From: an uncultured Chloroflexota bacterium
GTDB lineage: Bacteria; Chloroflexota; UBA6077; CF-72
Direction: 5' to 3'
Length of the DNA: 64,000 nucleotides
Assembly (NCBI GenBank): GCA_964435115.1
Contig: CAYSYM010000012.1
Coordinates: 1,088 to 65,087 of the forward strand
The notes beneath the pieces were generated by a model that was not told where the DNA came from, did not search any database, and was given only the letters and a program-made list of their open reading frames with translations. Shown here piece by piece: positions 1-8,921 of this stretch. Both the position numbers and the translations under genes were made by a program. Positions within the stretch are counted from its first letter, which is position 1. Every line of letters begins with the position of its first letter.

Positions 1-670
1 AGCCGCGGTGCGCCACATTGAGCGCCATCAGCGCGTTCTGCTCCACCAGGAGCACTGCCACCCCCTGGCGGTTGATCTCGACGATCGTGCGGAAGATCGT
101 CTCCACCAGCATCGGGGCGAGGCCCATGCTGGGCTCGTCGAGCAGCAGCACTTTGGGGCTGCTCATCAGCGCCCGGCCGATTGCCAGCATCTGCTGCTCG
201 CCACCCGAGAGCGTGCCACCCTTCTGCTTCAGGCGCTCGCGCAGGCGCGGGAAGAGCCCGAGCACCCGCTCGAGGTCGTGCCTGATCCCCTCCTGGTCGC
301 GCCGAGCGAAGGCACCCATCTCCAGGTTCTCCTGGACAGTCATGCGCGGGAAGATGCGCCGTCCTTCCGGTGCCTGGCAGATACCTCGCTCGACAATGCG
401 GTGCGGCTCCAGGCGATCGATCCGGTGGCTGTGCAAGAGCACTGCGCCCGAGCGTGGCCGCAGGATGCCCGAGATGGTTCGCAGTGTGGTCGTCTTGCCG
501 GCGCCGTTGCCGCCGATGAGGGTGACGATCTCGCCCGGGTTGACGGCGAGCGAGATGCCCTTCAGGGCGTGGATGTGGCCGTAGTAGGTGTGGACGTCGC
601 GCAGCTCCAGCGTGGCCGCCGCGCTCGGGGCGGCCGGCGCGCGCGGGGTGGACACGGAGGCGGTTGCCAT
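1..670 (-). CDS. livF: branched-chain amino acid ABC transporter ATP-binding protein (LivF-like); C-terminus runs off the window start
   Basis: Minus-strand translation from ATG (complement of 668-670) reads MATASVSTPRAPAAPSAAATLELRDVHTYYGHIHALKGISLAVNPGEIVTLIGGNGAGKTT...LSGGEQQMLAIGRAL...LLLDEPSMGLAP, i.e. Walker A, ABC signature and Walker B. It sits downstream of livG in the same operon. Confidence 0.8.
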   Translation of the reverse strand, partial: MATASVSTPRAPAAPSAAATLELRDVHTYYGHIHALKGISLAVNPGEIVTLIGGNGAGKTTTLRTISGILRPRSGAVLLHSHRIDRLEPHRIVERGICQAPEGRRIFPRMTVQENLEMGAFARRDQEGIRHDLERVLGLFPRLRERLKQKGGTLSGGEQQMLAIGRALMSSPKVLLLDEPSMGLAPMLVETIFRTIVEINRQGVAVLLVEQNALMALNVAHRG

Positions 671-683
671 ACGCTCCGTCCCC

Positions 684-1493
684 CTACGCTGGCGAGGGTT
701 GGGCAGCCGCGGGCCCCGCGCCTTCGGCGGCAGCGCGGCCCAGGTAGGCCTCGATGACGCGTGGATCGCGCTGCACCTCTTGGGGGGTGCCCTCGGCGAT
801 CTTCTGCCCGTAGTCCAGGACCGTCACGCGGTCAGAGATGCCCATGACCACCTTCATGTCGTGCTCGATCAGCAGGATGGTGAGGCTCATCTCACTCCGC
901 AGGCGGCCGATGAGCCGGGTGAGGGCCGCCGTCTCATGCGGGTTCATGCCTGCCGTTGGCTCGTCGAGCAGCAGCAGCTTCGGCTGGGTGGCCAGCGCCC
1001 GGGCTACCTCCAGCCGACGCTGGTCGCCGTACGGCAGGTGGCGCGCCCACTCCTCCTGCTTGTTGGCCAACCCCACGAACCGCAGCAGCTCCCGCGCCCG
1101 CTCACGCGCCTGCTGCTCCTCCCGCACCACCCGCGGGGTGCGCAGCACCGCCTCGAGCGCGTTGCCCTTCAGTCGGGCATGCATGCCCACCAGGACGTTG
1201 TCCAGCGCGCTCATGTTGGCGAACAGCCGGATGTTCTGGAACGTGCGCGCGATGCCGAGCCGCGTGATGGCGTGTGGCTTGAGCCCGGTGATGTTCTGGC
1301 CGGCGAACCGCACCTCGCCGCTGGTCGGCGTGTAGAGGCCGGCCACGATGTTGAAGAACGTTGTCTTCCCGGCTCCGTTCGGCCCGATCAAGCTGACGAT
1401 GGCGTGCTCGTCGATGGTGAAGTCCACCTGGTTGACGGCGACGAGGCCGCCGAACCGCTTCGTGATCGCCCTGGCTTCGAGGAGGGGAGCCAT
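684..1493 (-). CDS. livG: branched-chain amino acid ABC transporter ATP-binding protein
   Basis: 269-aa ORF with GPNGAGKTT Walker A, YGDQRRLEVARAL signature and LLLDEPTAGMNP Walker B. LivG-type C-terminal extension. Confidence 0.9.
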   Translation of the reverse strand: MAPLLEARAITKRFGGLVAVNQVDFTIDEHAIVSLIGPNGAGKTTFFNIVAGLYTPTSGEVRFAGQNITGLKPHAITRLGIARTFQNIRLFANMSALDNVLVGMHARLKGNALEAVLRTPRVVREEQQARERARELLRFVGLANKQEEWARHLPYGDQRRLEVARALATQPKLLLLDEPTAGMNPHETAALTRLIGRLRSEMSLTILLIEHDMKVVMGISDRVTVLDYGQKIAEGTPQEVQRDPRVIEAYLGRAAAEGAGPAAAQPSPA

Positions 1494-1498
1494 GGCGG

Positions 1499-2773
1499 CT
1501 AGGCGCGCACGCCGCCCATCGTGCGGTCAACGAGCGCCTCCTCGCCGAGCTGGTCCAGCTCTTCGGGCACCTCGGCGTGCAGCTCCAGCGCTCGCTGGCG
1601 GTTCGGGAAGATGCCCTCCGGCCGGGTGAGCATGAGGACGACCAGCGCCAGGCCGAAGATGCCGAACTTGTACTGGGTCAGGTCGACGGTCTGGAGGAGG
1701 TCGCTCACCAGCGGGACGTTCAAGGCGCCGGCAAGCCCGTGCAGCCAGTTCGTCGCCTCGCTGGTCAGCACGCGGTCGTAGAAGCCGAGCACGACGCCGC
1801 CGAAGATGACGCCCCAGATGTTGCCGATCCCACCGAGGATGATCATCGAGAGGACGATGATCGAGATCGAGAAGTCGAACTGGAACGGGTCGATCACCTG
1901 CAGCATGCTCGCCCAGAGTGACCCGGCGAAGCCGGAGAAGGAGGCGCCGAGCGCGAAGGCGAGCAGCTTCGTCTGCACCAGGTCGATGCCCATCGCGGCC
2001 GCGGCCAGCTCGTCCTCGCGCATCGCCATCCAGGCGCGCCCGACGCGCGAGTTGGCGAGGCGGTGGATGGCGATGACGGATACCACCCCGACGAGGAAGA
2101 TGAGGTAGTACCAGCCGGCCTGGTCGCTGTTGAACAGCTCCCTCACCTCGACCTGGCTGCCTTCGACCCACGGGACCGCCGGGCGGCCGATCGGGTTCAT
2201 CCCCTTGGAGCCCTTCGTCCACTGGTCCAGGTTCAGGAAGACGCGGGGGACGATCTCACCGAACGCCAGCGTGACGATGGCCAGGTAGTCGCCCCGCAGG
2301 CGGAGGGTTGGCGCGCCGAGGATCACACCGAAGCCGGCGGCGACGAAGAAGGAGAGAGCCATTGCGACGTAGAAGTTGGCGCTGAAGTAGGGGGCGAGCG
2401 GACTCTGGGGCGAGGTGAGGAAGGCGGCCGTGTAGCCGCCGATGGCGAAGAACGCAGCGTACCCGAGGTCGAGCAGCCCGGCGAACCCGACGACGATGTT
2501 GAGGCCGAGGGCGAGCAGTGTGAAGATGAGGATGGTTGGGAAGGCGCCCATCTTGCGCCAGCCGAGGCTGGCATCGAAGAAGGGGTAGAGCGCGAGGAAG
2601 ATGATGAACGTGACGAGGAAGGCGTTTCGGAGCACCGTGCCCGGGTCGCCGCCGTTGCGGCCCAGCACGCGGGCGAGGGCTCGCCCGCGCCCGGAGAGCC
2701 CGGCGCCAGTCGGCCCGGCGGCCTGCTGGGAGGGACGCACGGTCTGGCTGGTCATGGCATCCCAGGCGCTCAC
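1499..2773 (-). CDS. livM: branched-chain amino acid ABC transporter permease (LivM-like)
   Basis: 424-aa polytopic hydrophobic ORF with an N-terminal extension typical of LivM. Adjacent to livG and livH, 4-nt overlap with livH. Confidence 0.85.
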   Translation of the reverse strand: MSAWDAMTSQTVRPSQQAAGPTGAGLSGRGRALARVLGRNGGDPGTVLRNAFLVTFIIFLALYPFFDASLGWRKMGAFPTILIFTLLALGLNIVVGFAGLLDLGYAAFFAIGGYTAAFLTSPQSPLAPYFSANFYVAMALSFFVAAGFGVILGAPTLRLRGDYLAIVTLAFGEIVPRVFLNLDQWTKGSKGMNPIGRPAVPWVEGSQVEVRELFNSDQAGWYYLIFLVGVVSVIAIHRLANSRVGRAWMAMREDELAAAAMGIDLVQTKLLAFALGASFSGFAGSLWASMLQVIDPFQFDFSISIIVLSMIILGGIGNIWGVIFGGVVLGFYDRVLTSEATNWLHGLAGALNVPLVSDLLQTVDLTQYKFGIFGLALVVLMLTRPEGIFPNRQRALELHAEVPEELDQLGEEALVDRTMGGVRA

Positions 2774-3726
2774 GCCCGCTGGGTCGTCTCTTCGCCCAGC
2801 AGACCGGTGGGCTTGAAGATCAGAATCAGGACGAGGAGCCCGAACACGACCGCCTGGGTCCAGCGCGGGTCCCAGATCCGATCAGAGATCGCGGCGATGA
2901 TACCGATGACCATCCCGCCGAGGAACGCGCCCTGGATGTTGCCAATGCCGCCCATGACGGCGGCGGTGAACGCGTAGAGGCCGTTGCGGAAGCCCTGGAA
3001 GAACCAGGCCGAGTTGTTGTACAGGCCGTAGATCGTGCCCGCCGCGCCGGCCAGCGCCCCGCCCAGCAGGAAGGTCAGGGCGATGGTCAGGTTGATGTCG
3101 ATGCCCATCATCGCCGCGGCGTCACGATCCTGGGCGGTCGCGCGCATCGCCTTCCCGAGCCGGGTGCGCTGCACGAACAGGTGGAGCGCGACCATGAGTG
3201 GGATCGAGATCGCGATGGCGAGCAGGTCCTTGAGCGTGAACAGCACTTGCGTGCGGATGCCGAAGACGTCGTTGAAGATGTCCACGCGCGGCACGAGGTC
3301 CGGGAAGTTGACCTGGGACGCGCCCTTCCAGAGCAGCCCCACGTTGACCAGGATGAACGAGACGCCGATGGCGGAGATGAGCGGCGCCAGGCGGGGCGCG
3401 TTCCTCAACCGGCGGTAGGCGAGCCGCTCGATGCTCACGTTGAGGAACGCCGCGACGACCATGGCCACGAGGATCGCCCCGGCGAGCAAGACGGCGATCG
3501 TGGGCGGCGGCAGGAGGTAGGCCTGCCGCTCCCCGAGCAGCCCCGGGACCCAGGTGACGAGTGTCAGGGCGACCATCGTCCCGATCATGAAGACGTCGCC
3601 GTGGGCGAAGTTGATGAGCTCGATGATCCCGTACACCAGTGTGTAGCCGAGCGCGACCAGCGAGATGATGGCGCCGTTGGCGATGCCGATCAGCAGCACC
3701 TGCAGGACTTCGTCGTACCACTGCAT
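2770..3726 (-). CDS. livH: branched-chain amino acid ABC transporter permease (LivH-like)
   Basis: 318-aa hydrophobic ORF of the LivH/BPD permease type. First permease after the binding-protein gene. Confidence 0.9.
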   Translation of the reverse strand: MQWYDEVLQVLLIGIANGAIISLVALGYTLVYGIIELINFAHGDVFMIGTMVALTLVTWVPGLLGERQAYLLPPPTIAVLLAGAILVAMVVAAFLNVSIERLAYRRLRNAPRLAPLISAIGVSFILVNVGLLWKGASQVNFPDLVPRVDIFNDVFGIRTQVLFTLKDLLAIAISIPLMVALHLFVQRTRLGKAMRATAQDRDAAAMMGIDINLTIALTFLLGGALAGAAGTIYGLYNNSAWFFQGFRNGLYAFTAAVMGGIGNIQGAFLGGMVIGIIAAISDRIWDPRWTQAVVFGLLVLILIFKPTGLLGEETTQRA

Positions 3727-3873
3727 GCTATGTCGCGCGTGACCCCCAGCGAGGACGGCTAAAGCGCTTCGCGCTTGCTCTGAGAGCGGTGGTCGAGCAG
3801 GCGCTGCCCGAGCCCCCCAAGATTGCGGGAATGATGGCGTGCAGGCCTCACGCCCGCAAGTTTCCCGCCACGT

Positions 3874-3948
3874 CCCGAATCCGTGAGTCCGAGATCAGAT
3901 CCGTCACCCAGCGGGTGAAGCTTTCAATCGAGAATCCACGGATTGGGG
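3874..3948. repeat. 75-bp palindromic repeat element, copy 1 of 3, between livK and livH
   Basis: cccgaatccgtgagtccgagatcagatccgtcacccagcgggtgaagctttcaatcgagaatccacggattgggg. The terminal 12-bp arms are inverted repeats (one mismatch) and there is an inner TCACCC-AGC-GGGTGA hairpin. Near-identical copies occur at 5823-5899 and 34114-34189. Confidence 0.75.
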
Positions 3949-4024
3949 CACGTGCGAGGAGCTGGCCGCCTCCGTGACTGGCCAGCTCCTCCACTCCGTG
4001 CGGTCCGGGTTCCCGCCGCGCCGA

Positions 4025-5398
4025 CTACCTGGGCGCCTCGATCGTGACGGCGTTCTCGTCGTCGAACTTGCCGCCCTTCACCTGGCGGCCACTCATCGCC
4101 GTGAGCGTGGTGTCGCCGCTGGCCTGGAAGCTCCACCTGCCCAGGGCACCGTCGAACTCCCGGGTGGCGAAGACGGCGTCCCTGATCTTGGCGCGGTCCT
4201 TCACGCCGGCGCGCTGGATGCCATCCAGTGCGACCTTGGCGGCCTCGTAGCCATAGGCGGCGTACGCCTCCGGCTCGGACTTGAACTGGTCCTTGTACCG
4301 CGCGTACCAGTCTGCCCCCTTGCCGGTGAGCTTCTTCGGGGGCACGCCGCCGAAGGTGATGTACGCGCCCTCGGCCGCCTGGCCGGCGGCTTCGATGAAG
4401 GCCTGCTCGTAGATCCCATCGGGGCCCATCAGGCGGACGCTGTCGCCCAGCGTCGCCCGCAGGTCCTGCCAGAGCTTGCCGGCGTTGTTCTGGGTGATAC
4501 CGCCGTAGAACACGACGTCGGCGCCGCTGGCGCGCACCTTCTGGGCGAGCGCCCGGTAGTCGCTGGCCTTGGAGTCGATGCCCTCAGGGCCGCCCACGAC
4601 CTGCAGGCCAATCCTGTCCGCGGCCAGCTTGTACATGACCGCCAGCCCGCGACCGTACAGCTCGGTGTCGTCCAGCACGTACGCCTTGGTGGCGCCGAGG
4701 TTCTTGGACCACTGCGCCGCCGCCGCTCCCTGCAGCTCGTCCGACGGCACCACGCGGGTGTAGTTTCGCTGGCAGCCGGGGTAGTAGACGTCCGGCTCGT
4801 TTGGCTCGACCCCCTCCACCTTCTTGGTCAGGCCGGGGTAGGTGTTGGCTGGCGAGATCATCACCAGGTTGGCCTTGCAGAGGATCGGAATGGACACCTT
4901 GGCCGCGCCCGAGTTGAACGTGCCGATGTAGACCATCGCGTCCGGGTCGCCGGCCGTCATGTTGGCGTTCTCGGCCTCCTTGGCGGCGTCCCACGACCCC
5001 TTGGCGGCCGTCGCGTCGTCCATGTCTTCGTAGGTGATCGTCGCGTTGCCGATCCGGTTGTTTACCTCGCCCAGCGCCATCTTGATCGAGTTGACGATGG
5101 TGTCGGTCTGGCCCTTGCTCGAGCCGGTCCGCGGCAGACTGGACATGATCTTGATCGTGCCGGTCAGGGCGCCAGCGGCCGGGCTGGGCGAGGGCACCAC
5201 CGCGGGCTTGGCGGCCGGGCTCGGGCTCGCGACCGGGCTCGCCGCCGGGGCGGCGGTCGGCTTGGGCGCTTCGGCCGGCTTGGCCGGTGCCGTGGTGGGC
5301 GCCGGCTGCGCGGCAGGCGCGCACGCCGCGGCGAGCGCGGCCAGGGCGGCCGGCAGCACGAACAGGCGCCAGAACGTTGCTCTACGCATCATCTGCAT
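4025..5398 (-). CDS. livK: branched-chain amino acid ABC transporter substrate-binding lipoprotein (LivK/LivJ family)
   Basis: 457-aa ORF with a lipoprotein signal (LAALAAAC) and an Ala/Pro-rich linker. The periplasmic binding domain type I is recognisable (GIDSKASDYRALAQKVRASGADVVFYGG...). RBS GAGGAGG before MQMMRR. Confidence 0.9.
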   Translation of the reverse strand: MQMMRRATFWRLFVLPAALAALAAACAPAAQPAPTTAPAKPAEAPKPTAAPAASPVASPSPAAKPAVVPSPSPAAGALTGTIKIMSSLPRTGSSKGQTDTIVNSIKMALGEVNNRIGNATITYEDMDDATAAKGSWDAAKEAENANMTAGDPDAMVYIGTFNSGAAKVSIPILCKANLVMISPANTYPGLTKKVEGVEPNEPDVYYPGCQRNYTRVVPSDELQGAAAAQWSKNLGATKAYVLDDTELYGRGLAVMYKLAADRIGLQVVGGPEGIDSKASDYRALAQKVRASGADVVFYGGITQNNAGKLWQDLRATLGDSVRLMGPDGIYEQAFIEAAGQAAEGAYITFGGVPPKKLTGKGADWYARYKDQFKSEPEAYAAYGYEAAKVALDGIQRAGVKDRAKIRDAVFATREFDGALGRWSFQASGDTTLTAMSGRQVKGGKFDDENAVTIEAPR

Positions 5399-5461
5399 TC
5401 CTCCTCAGGGGACCGAGAATCTCCGGGCGCAGACCCTGCGTCCGCACCCATATGGGCGCCG

Positions 5462-5486
5462 GACGTCCGCCCGCCGGGCGGACGTC
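5462..5486. promoter_or_regulatory. perfect 11-bp inverted repeat (GACGTCCGCCC-gcc-GGGCGGACGTC) in the livK 5' region
   Basis: Seen directly in the sequence, 65-90 nt upstream of the livK start on the transcribed strand. It could be an operator or a leader hairpin. No U-tract follows it. Confidence 0.3.
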
Positions 5487-5822
5487 GAAAGAACGCCCTG
5501 CGGTGGGCAAGTGTTCCCCGCGGGGGGTGCCGACCCCCGCGCACCTGTCATTCAGGCGCTCGAACGTGCGGCCTGGGAGCGTTCCCCAGAGGCCGCCTAT
5601 CGCCTAGACGTTCGGCGGAGACCCCTCCTCACGCATCAACGCGGGATCGCGCGCCCCGAAGTAGCGCGCACAGAGCCACCTGCCCCTCCACGAGGCCGTC
5701 CTGTGCGTGTACGCGCTCGCCAAGGAGCGCGGACCCCAGCGCCCTAGTTACGCCGTTGTGACCCGGGCGAGCTAGCGGCACAGTACCAACGCCTCCCCCC
5801 CTTGTCAACTGCCGCCGGTGGG

Positions 5823-5899
5823 CCCGGAATCCGTGAGTCCCAGATCCGATCCTTCATCCGCTGGGTGAAGCGTTCGATCTGGAATCCACGGATTCGGGG
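5823..5899. repeat. palindromic repeat element, copy 2 of 3
   Basis: cccggaatccgtgagtcccagatccgatccttcatccgctgggtgaagcgttcgatctggaatccacggattcgggg. Same architecture as copy 1. Lies in the divergent intergenic region between the liv operon and the 6207 gene. Confidence 0.75.
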
Positions 5900-6206
5900 T
5901 GGGCGCGGAGCGCTCGGGACGCTGCCGGGGCGGGCGTCAGGTGGTGGGTGTTGGATGGCGGGCCTGCCTCCCGCTGCGCTCGCCTCTGCAATCCGCCGTC
6001 TGAAATCGGAGAGCTCCGGTGGCTGGCGGCTGGGGCGCGGAGATCGCTGGGATGGGCCCGGTGGGGGAATACGGCGCGGCGGCGTGCGTTATACGTTCTT
6101 GGAGTAGCGCATCGTCCCGCGAGCACCCCTACCTGCTGACCCCCAAGATCGGACAAGGCACAGATCCTGCCGGGCACGCTTCGCGCACGAAAGGACCGGC
6201 CCCGCA

Positions 6207-6566
6207 ATGACCACATCGACAAGCGATTCCTCCAAGCCGTCCGTCCGCACCCTGGTCGTCGCCGACGTCAAGTGCTACCTGTGCGGCACCATCTCCGGGA
6301 GGATCGAGAGCGACCGACAGCCGCTCCCGCGCAGCGTCACCTTCCACAAGGCCGGCGAGGAGAAAGCCCTGCCCGTGCTGGACTGGCGGCGCCTGCGCTG
6401 CGTTCGCTGTGGCGGCCCGATCTACCTGGACGACGCCGACGTGATCACACAGCGGATCGAGACCTACAACTGGCTCGAGGAGCGGCCCCGCCGTGGCCGG
6501 CCGCCCAAGCGGCTGGCGCAGGAGCGGCAGCGCGAGCGCGGCCCGTTCGACTCGCAAGCTGCCTGA
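6207..6566 (+). CDS. small zinc-ribbon protein (CxxC...CxxC), hypothetical
   Basis: 119-aa ORF with CYLCG...CVRCGG cysteine pairs and a basic C-terminus (RRGRPPKR). Confidence 0.45.
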   Translation: MTTSTSDSSKPSVRTLVVADVKCYLCGTISGRIESDRQPLPRSVTFHKAGEEKALPVLDWRRLRCVRCGGPIYLDDADVITQRIETYNWLEERPRRGRPPKRLAQERQRERGPFDSQAA

Positions 6567-6684
6567 GCGCGTCGCGCAGGGGGTGGTTGCTCGGCCACCC
6601 GGCTCCTCGTGAGCACGCCCTCCCGAGGCACCTTCGGGATAGCGTTTGCCGCGTGGAGCCTCCCCATTTGCCGGGGCGGTGCAG

Positions 6685-7026
6685 CTACAGCGTGATGACC
6701 TGGTCCGGGGGGTCCTGCTCCAGCGCCGCGTAGAGGTCGGGGAAGCAGCCGATCGGGATCCCCTCGATCAGCTTATCGGCGATGTCGCGCTCGTAGCAGC
6801 ACTGGTCGCAGCCCATCAGCAGGATACCCTGTGCCCGCGCAACCGCCGCCAGCCGTTCTCCAATCGGGTTGCCCTTGACCAGGACGTAGTTGTTGTCCTC
6901 GAAGAAGAACATGCCGGCCACCTGCGCGCCATGCCGCCCTTCTTCGAGCTGCGGCAGGATCATCTTGCCCAGCTTGTACGAGACGGTATGCCCCTGCGTG
7001 GCGAAGAGGTAGGCCACCCGCATCAT
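6685..7026 (-). CDS. DsrE/DsrF-like sulfur-relay family protein
   Basis: MMRVAYLFATQGHTVSYKLG...LLMGCDQCCYERD... resembles DsrE/TusD-like proteins. ATGA overlap with the upstream gene. Confidence 0.55.
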   Translation of the reverse strand: MMRVAYLFATQGHTVSYKLGKMILPQLEEGRHGAQVAGMFFFEDNNYVLVKGNPIGERLAAVARAQGILLMGCDQCCYERDIADKLIEGIPIGCFPDLYAALEQDPPDQVITL

Positions 7027-7724
7027 CGGTCCGCTCCTCGCCCCACGTCCGGGACGGTGACGCCGGCCGGCGCGGGCGCCTGCTGGGCCCGGCGGACCGC
7101 GTCGAGCGCCGCCAGGTACGCCGGGATGAGGTGCGCCCGGCTCTGAGGAGGCACGCCCAGCACGCGCTCCGCCACCTCCCACGGGGTCACGCGGGCCGCC
7201 TGGCGCAGGGGGCGGCCGCGCAGCAGTTCTGCCAGGCACTGGCAGTAGGCGAGCAGGGTGGCGCAGGTCGAGGCGCGGTACTGCACCCCGGCGATGCGGC
7301 CGTCCGCGACCCGGAGAGCGAACTGGGCGACGCGCCCGCCCTCGCCGCGCTGCTCGAGCCCGACGCACGGCAGCGTGAGCCGGCGCACGCGGTCGGCGAG
7401 AGACGCGAGGTGGGCGTCCACGCCGCGGGCGCCCGGCGGGCGCTGCTCGCTCCCCGCCCCTGGCGCCGGGTCGGGATCGCCCTCGGCCAGACGTGGCGCG
7501 GCGGCCTCGGGAGCGGTGGGCCCGCTGCCGCAGCAGGCCGGACGATCCCGCCACCCTGCCGCGTCGCGGGCGCGGGCGGTGGGGAGGGAAGCGGCGGGGT
7601 ACCCGTCGGCCATGGCTGCGACCCCATGGTACCCGCTCGCGTGCACCGGGCGGCGACCCGGCGGGTACACGACCTGCGCCCGCACGGACGACCCAACCCG
7701 CGGGGGCTCGGCGAGGCGTGTCAT
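7023..7724 (-). CDS. hypothetical protein with a degenerate NifU/IscU-like C-terminal domain
   Basis: The C-terminal ~120 aa (LTLPCVGLEQRGEGGRVAQFALRV.DGRIAGVQYRASTCATLLAYCQCLAELLRGRPLRQAARVTPWEVAERVLGVPPQSRAHL) follows the scaffold pattern of NifU N-terminal domains with three Cys. Start at MTRLAEPP assumed. Confidence 0.45.
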   Translation of the reverse strand: MTRLAEPPRVGSSVRAQVVYPPGRRPVHASGYHGVAAMADGYPAASLPTARARDAAGWRDRPACCGSGPTAPEAAAPRLAEGDPDPAPGAGSEQRPPGARGVDAHLASLADRVRRLTLPCVGLEQRGEGGRVAQFALRVADGRIAGVQYRASTCATLLAYCQCLAELLRGRPLRQAARVTPWEVAERVLGVPPQSRAHLIPAYLAALDAVRRAQQAPAPAGVTVPDVGRGADR

Positions 7725-7728
7725 ATCC

Positions 7729-8697
7729 TCACTCCACCCCGAGCGCTCTGCCGGGGCGGCCATTGCGCCGCTGGGCGACGGCCTCGCGCAGCACCGCGCC
7801 GGCGAAGAAGGCGAGGTTGGCGGGCCGTTCCGCCAGGCGCCGCATGAGGTACGGGTACCACTGGCGCCCGTACGGCAGGTAGACGCGCACGTTGTAGCCC
7901 TGCCCCAGGAGCTGGTACTGGAGGTCACGCCGCACGCCAAAGAGCATCTGGAACTCGAAACGCTCCGGCCCGATCCGGTGGCGGCGGGCCAGCTCGCGCG
8001 TGTACTGGAGGAGGCGCGCGTCGTGGGTGGCGATGGCCGGGTAGTTGCCTTCCAGGAGCAGCCGCTCGGCCAGGCGGGCGAAGCTGGCGTCCACGTCGGC
8101 CTTGCGCGGCCAGGCAATCTCGGGTGGCTCGAGGTAGGCGCCCTTGCACAGGCGCACCCGCGCTCCCAGGCGCAAGACCCGCTCGAGGTCGGCTGCGGTG
8201 CGGTAGAGCGCAGCCTGGAGCACCACGCCGACATTGCGGTACCCCTCCGACCATAGCGCCTCGTGCACGTCGAGGGTGCGGTCAGTGTAGGCGGACGACT
8301 CCATGTCGATGCGCACGAACACGTTCCCACATGAGCGGGCGTGGTCGAGGATGGAGCGCAGGTTCTCCAGGCACAGCTCGCGGCGAATGTCCAGCCCCAT
8401 CTGCGTCAGCTTGAGCGAGAGGTACGCCTCGAGTGGCGTCTGGGCGATCGCGTCGATGGCTGGCAGGTAGTCACGGGCGGCGACCCGCGCCCCGTCGACG
8501 GTGCGCACGTTCTCGCCCAGGTGGTCGAGCGAGACGGTCAGGCGCTGGGTGTTGAGCGCCTGGGCCACCGCGACGGCCTCGGCCAGGTCCTCGCCGGCGA
8601 CGTAGCGCCAGGCGATGCCACGCAGCAGGTCGTGCCGCATGATGAGGCGGTAGATCGCCGGCTGATTGGCCAGGGTGAGCAGCGCGCCTTTGAGCAT
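7729..8697 (-). CDS. proline dehydrogenase (monofunctional PutA-like)
   Basis: The Pro_dh fold is recognisable (RIDMESSAYTD...LQAALYRT...VRLCKGAY...ATHDARLLQY...). Start taken at MLKGALL, because the ORF's longer N-terminal extension is Arg-rich low complexity. Confidence 0.75.
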   Translation of the reverse strand: MLKGALLTLANQPAIYRLIMRHDLLRGIAWRYVAGEDLAEAVAVAQALNTQRLTVSLDHLGENVRTVDGARVAARDYLPAIDAIAQTPLEAYLSLKLTQMGLDIRRELCLENLRSILDHARSCGNVFVRIDMESSAYTDRTLDVHEALWSEGYRNVGVVLQAALYRTAADLERVLRLGARVRLCKGAYLEPPEIAWPRKADVDASFARLAERLLLEGNYPAIATHDARLLQYTRELARRHRIGPERFEFQMLFGVRRDLQYQLLGQGYNVRVYLPYGRQWYPYLMRRLAERPANLAFFAGAVLREAVAQRRNGRPGRALGVE

Positions 8698-8921
8698 GCT
8701 CCGACCTCGCTCGCGCTCGGCAGCACTATACACCCGCTGCGCGGGCTGACGGCCCTCCTGCTGGGCGGGTCGGCCCCTCAAGATCGGGCGGCGCGCTGCG
8801 CGCGCGGGCCGGCGCGGCGAGGTGACTTGCGCCAGCGGTGGAGTGGGGTGAGCCGCTCCCGCGCGCTGGACCCGCGCCGGCTGGGCCCGCCCGGCCTCGC
8901 AGGCAGCGAGGCTGCCAAACC

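Noticed and set aside
8-757. Long plus-strand ORFs antisense to the liv genes (8-757, 588-1502, 2063-2977, 3974-5761 and similar)
   Set aside because: They mirror real minus-strand ABC transporter genes with clear Walker and permease motifs. The translated products are Arg/Ala/Gly-rich low complexity, typical of spurious ORFs in 70%-GC DNA.
3789-3977. Similar peptides (…IRESEIRS…NPRIG…) translated from all three repeat copies, as if a small conserved gene
   Set aside because: The similarity is simply DNA-level repeat identity. The ORFs have no conserved start, RBS or length, and the element is a nested palindrome.
5399-5822. T-box or other riboswitch leader upstream of the liv operon
   Set aside because: No AGGGTGGNACCGCG T-box sequence and no recognisable specifier/antiterminator arrangement. 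Only the short palindrome at 5462-5486 stands out.
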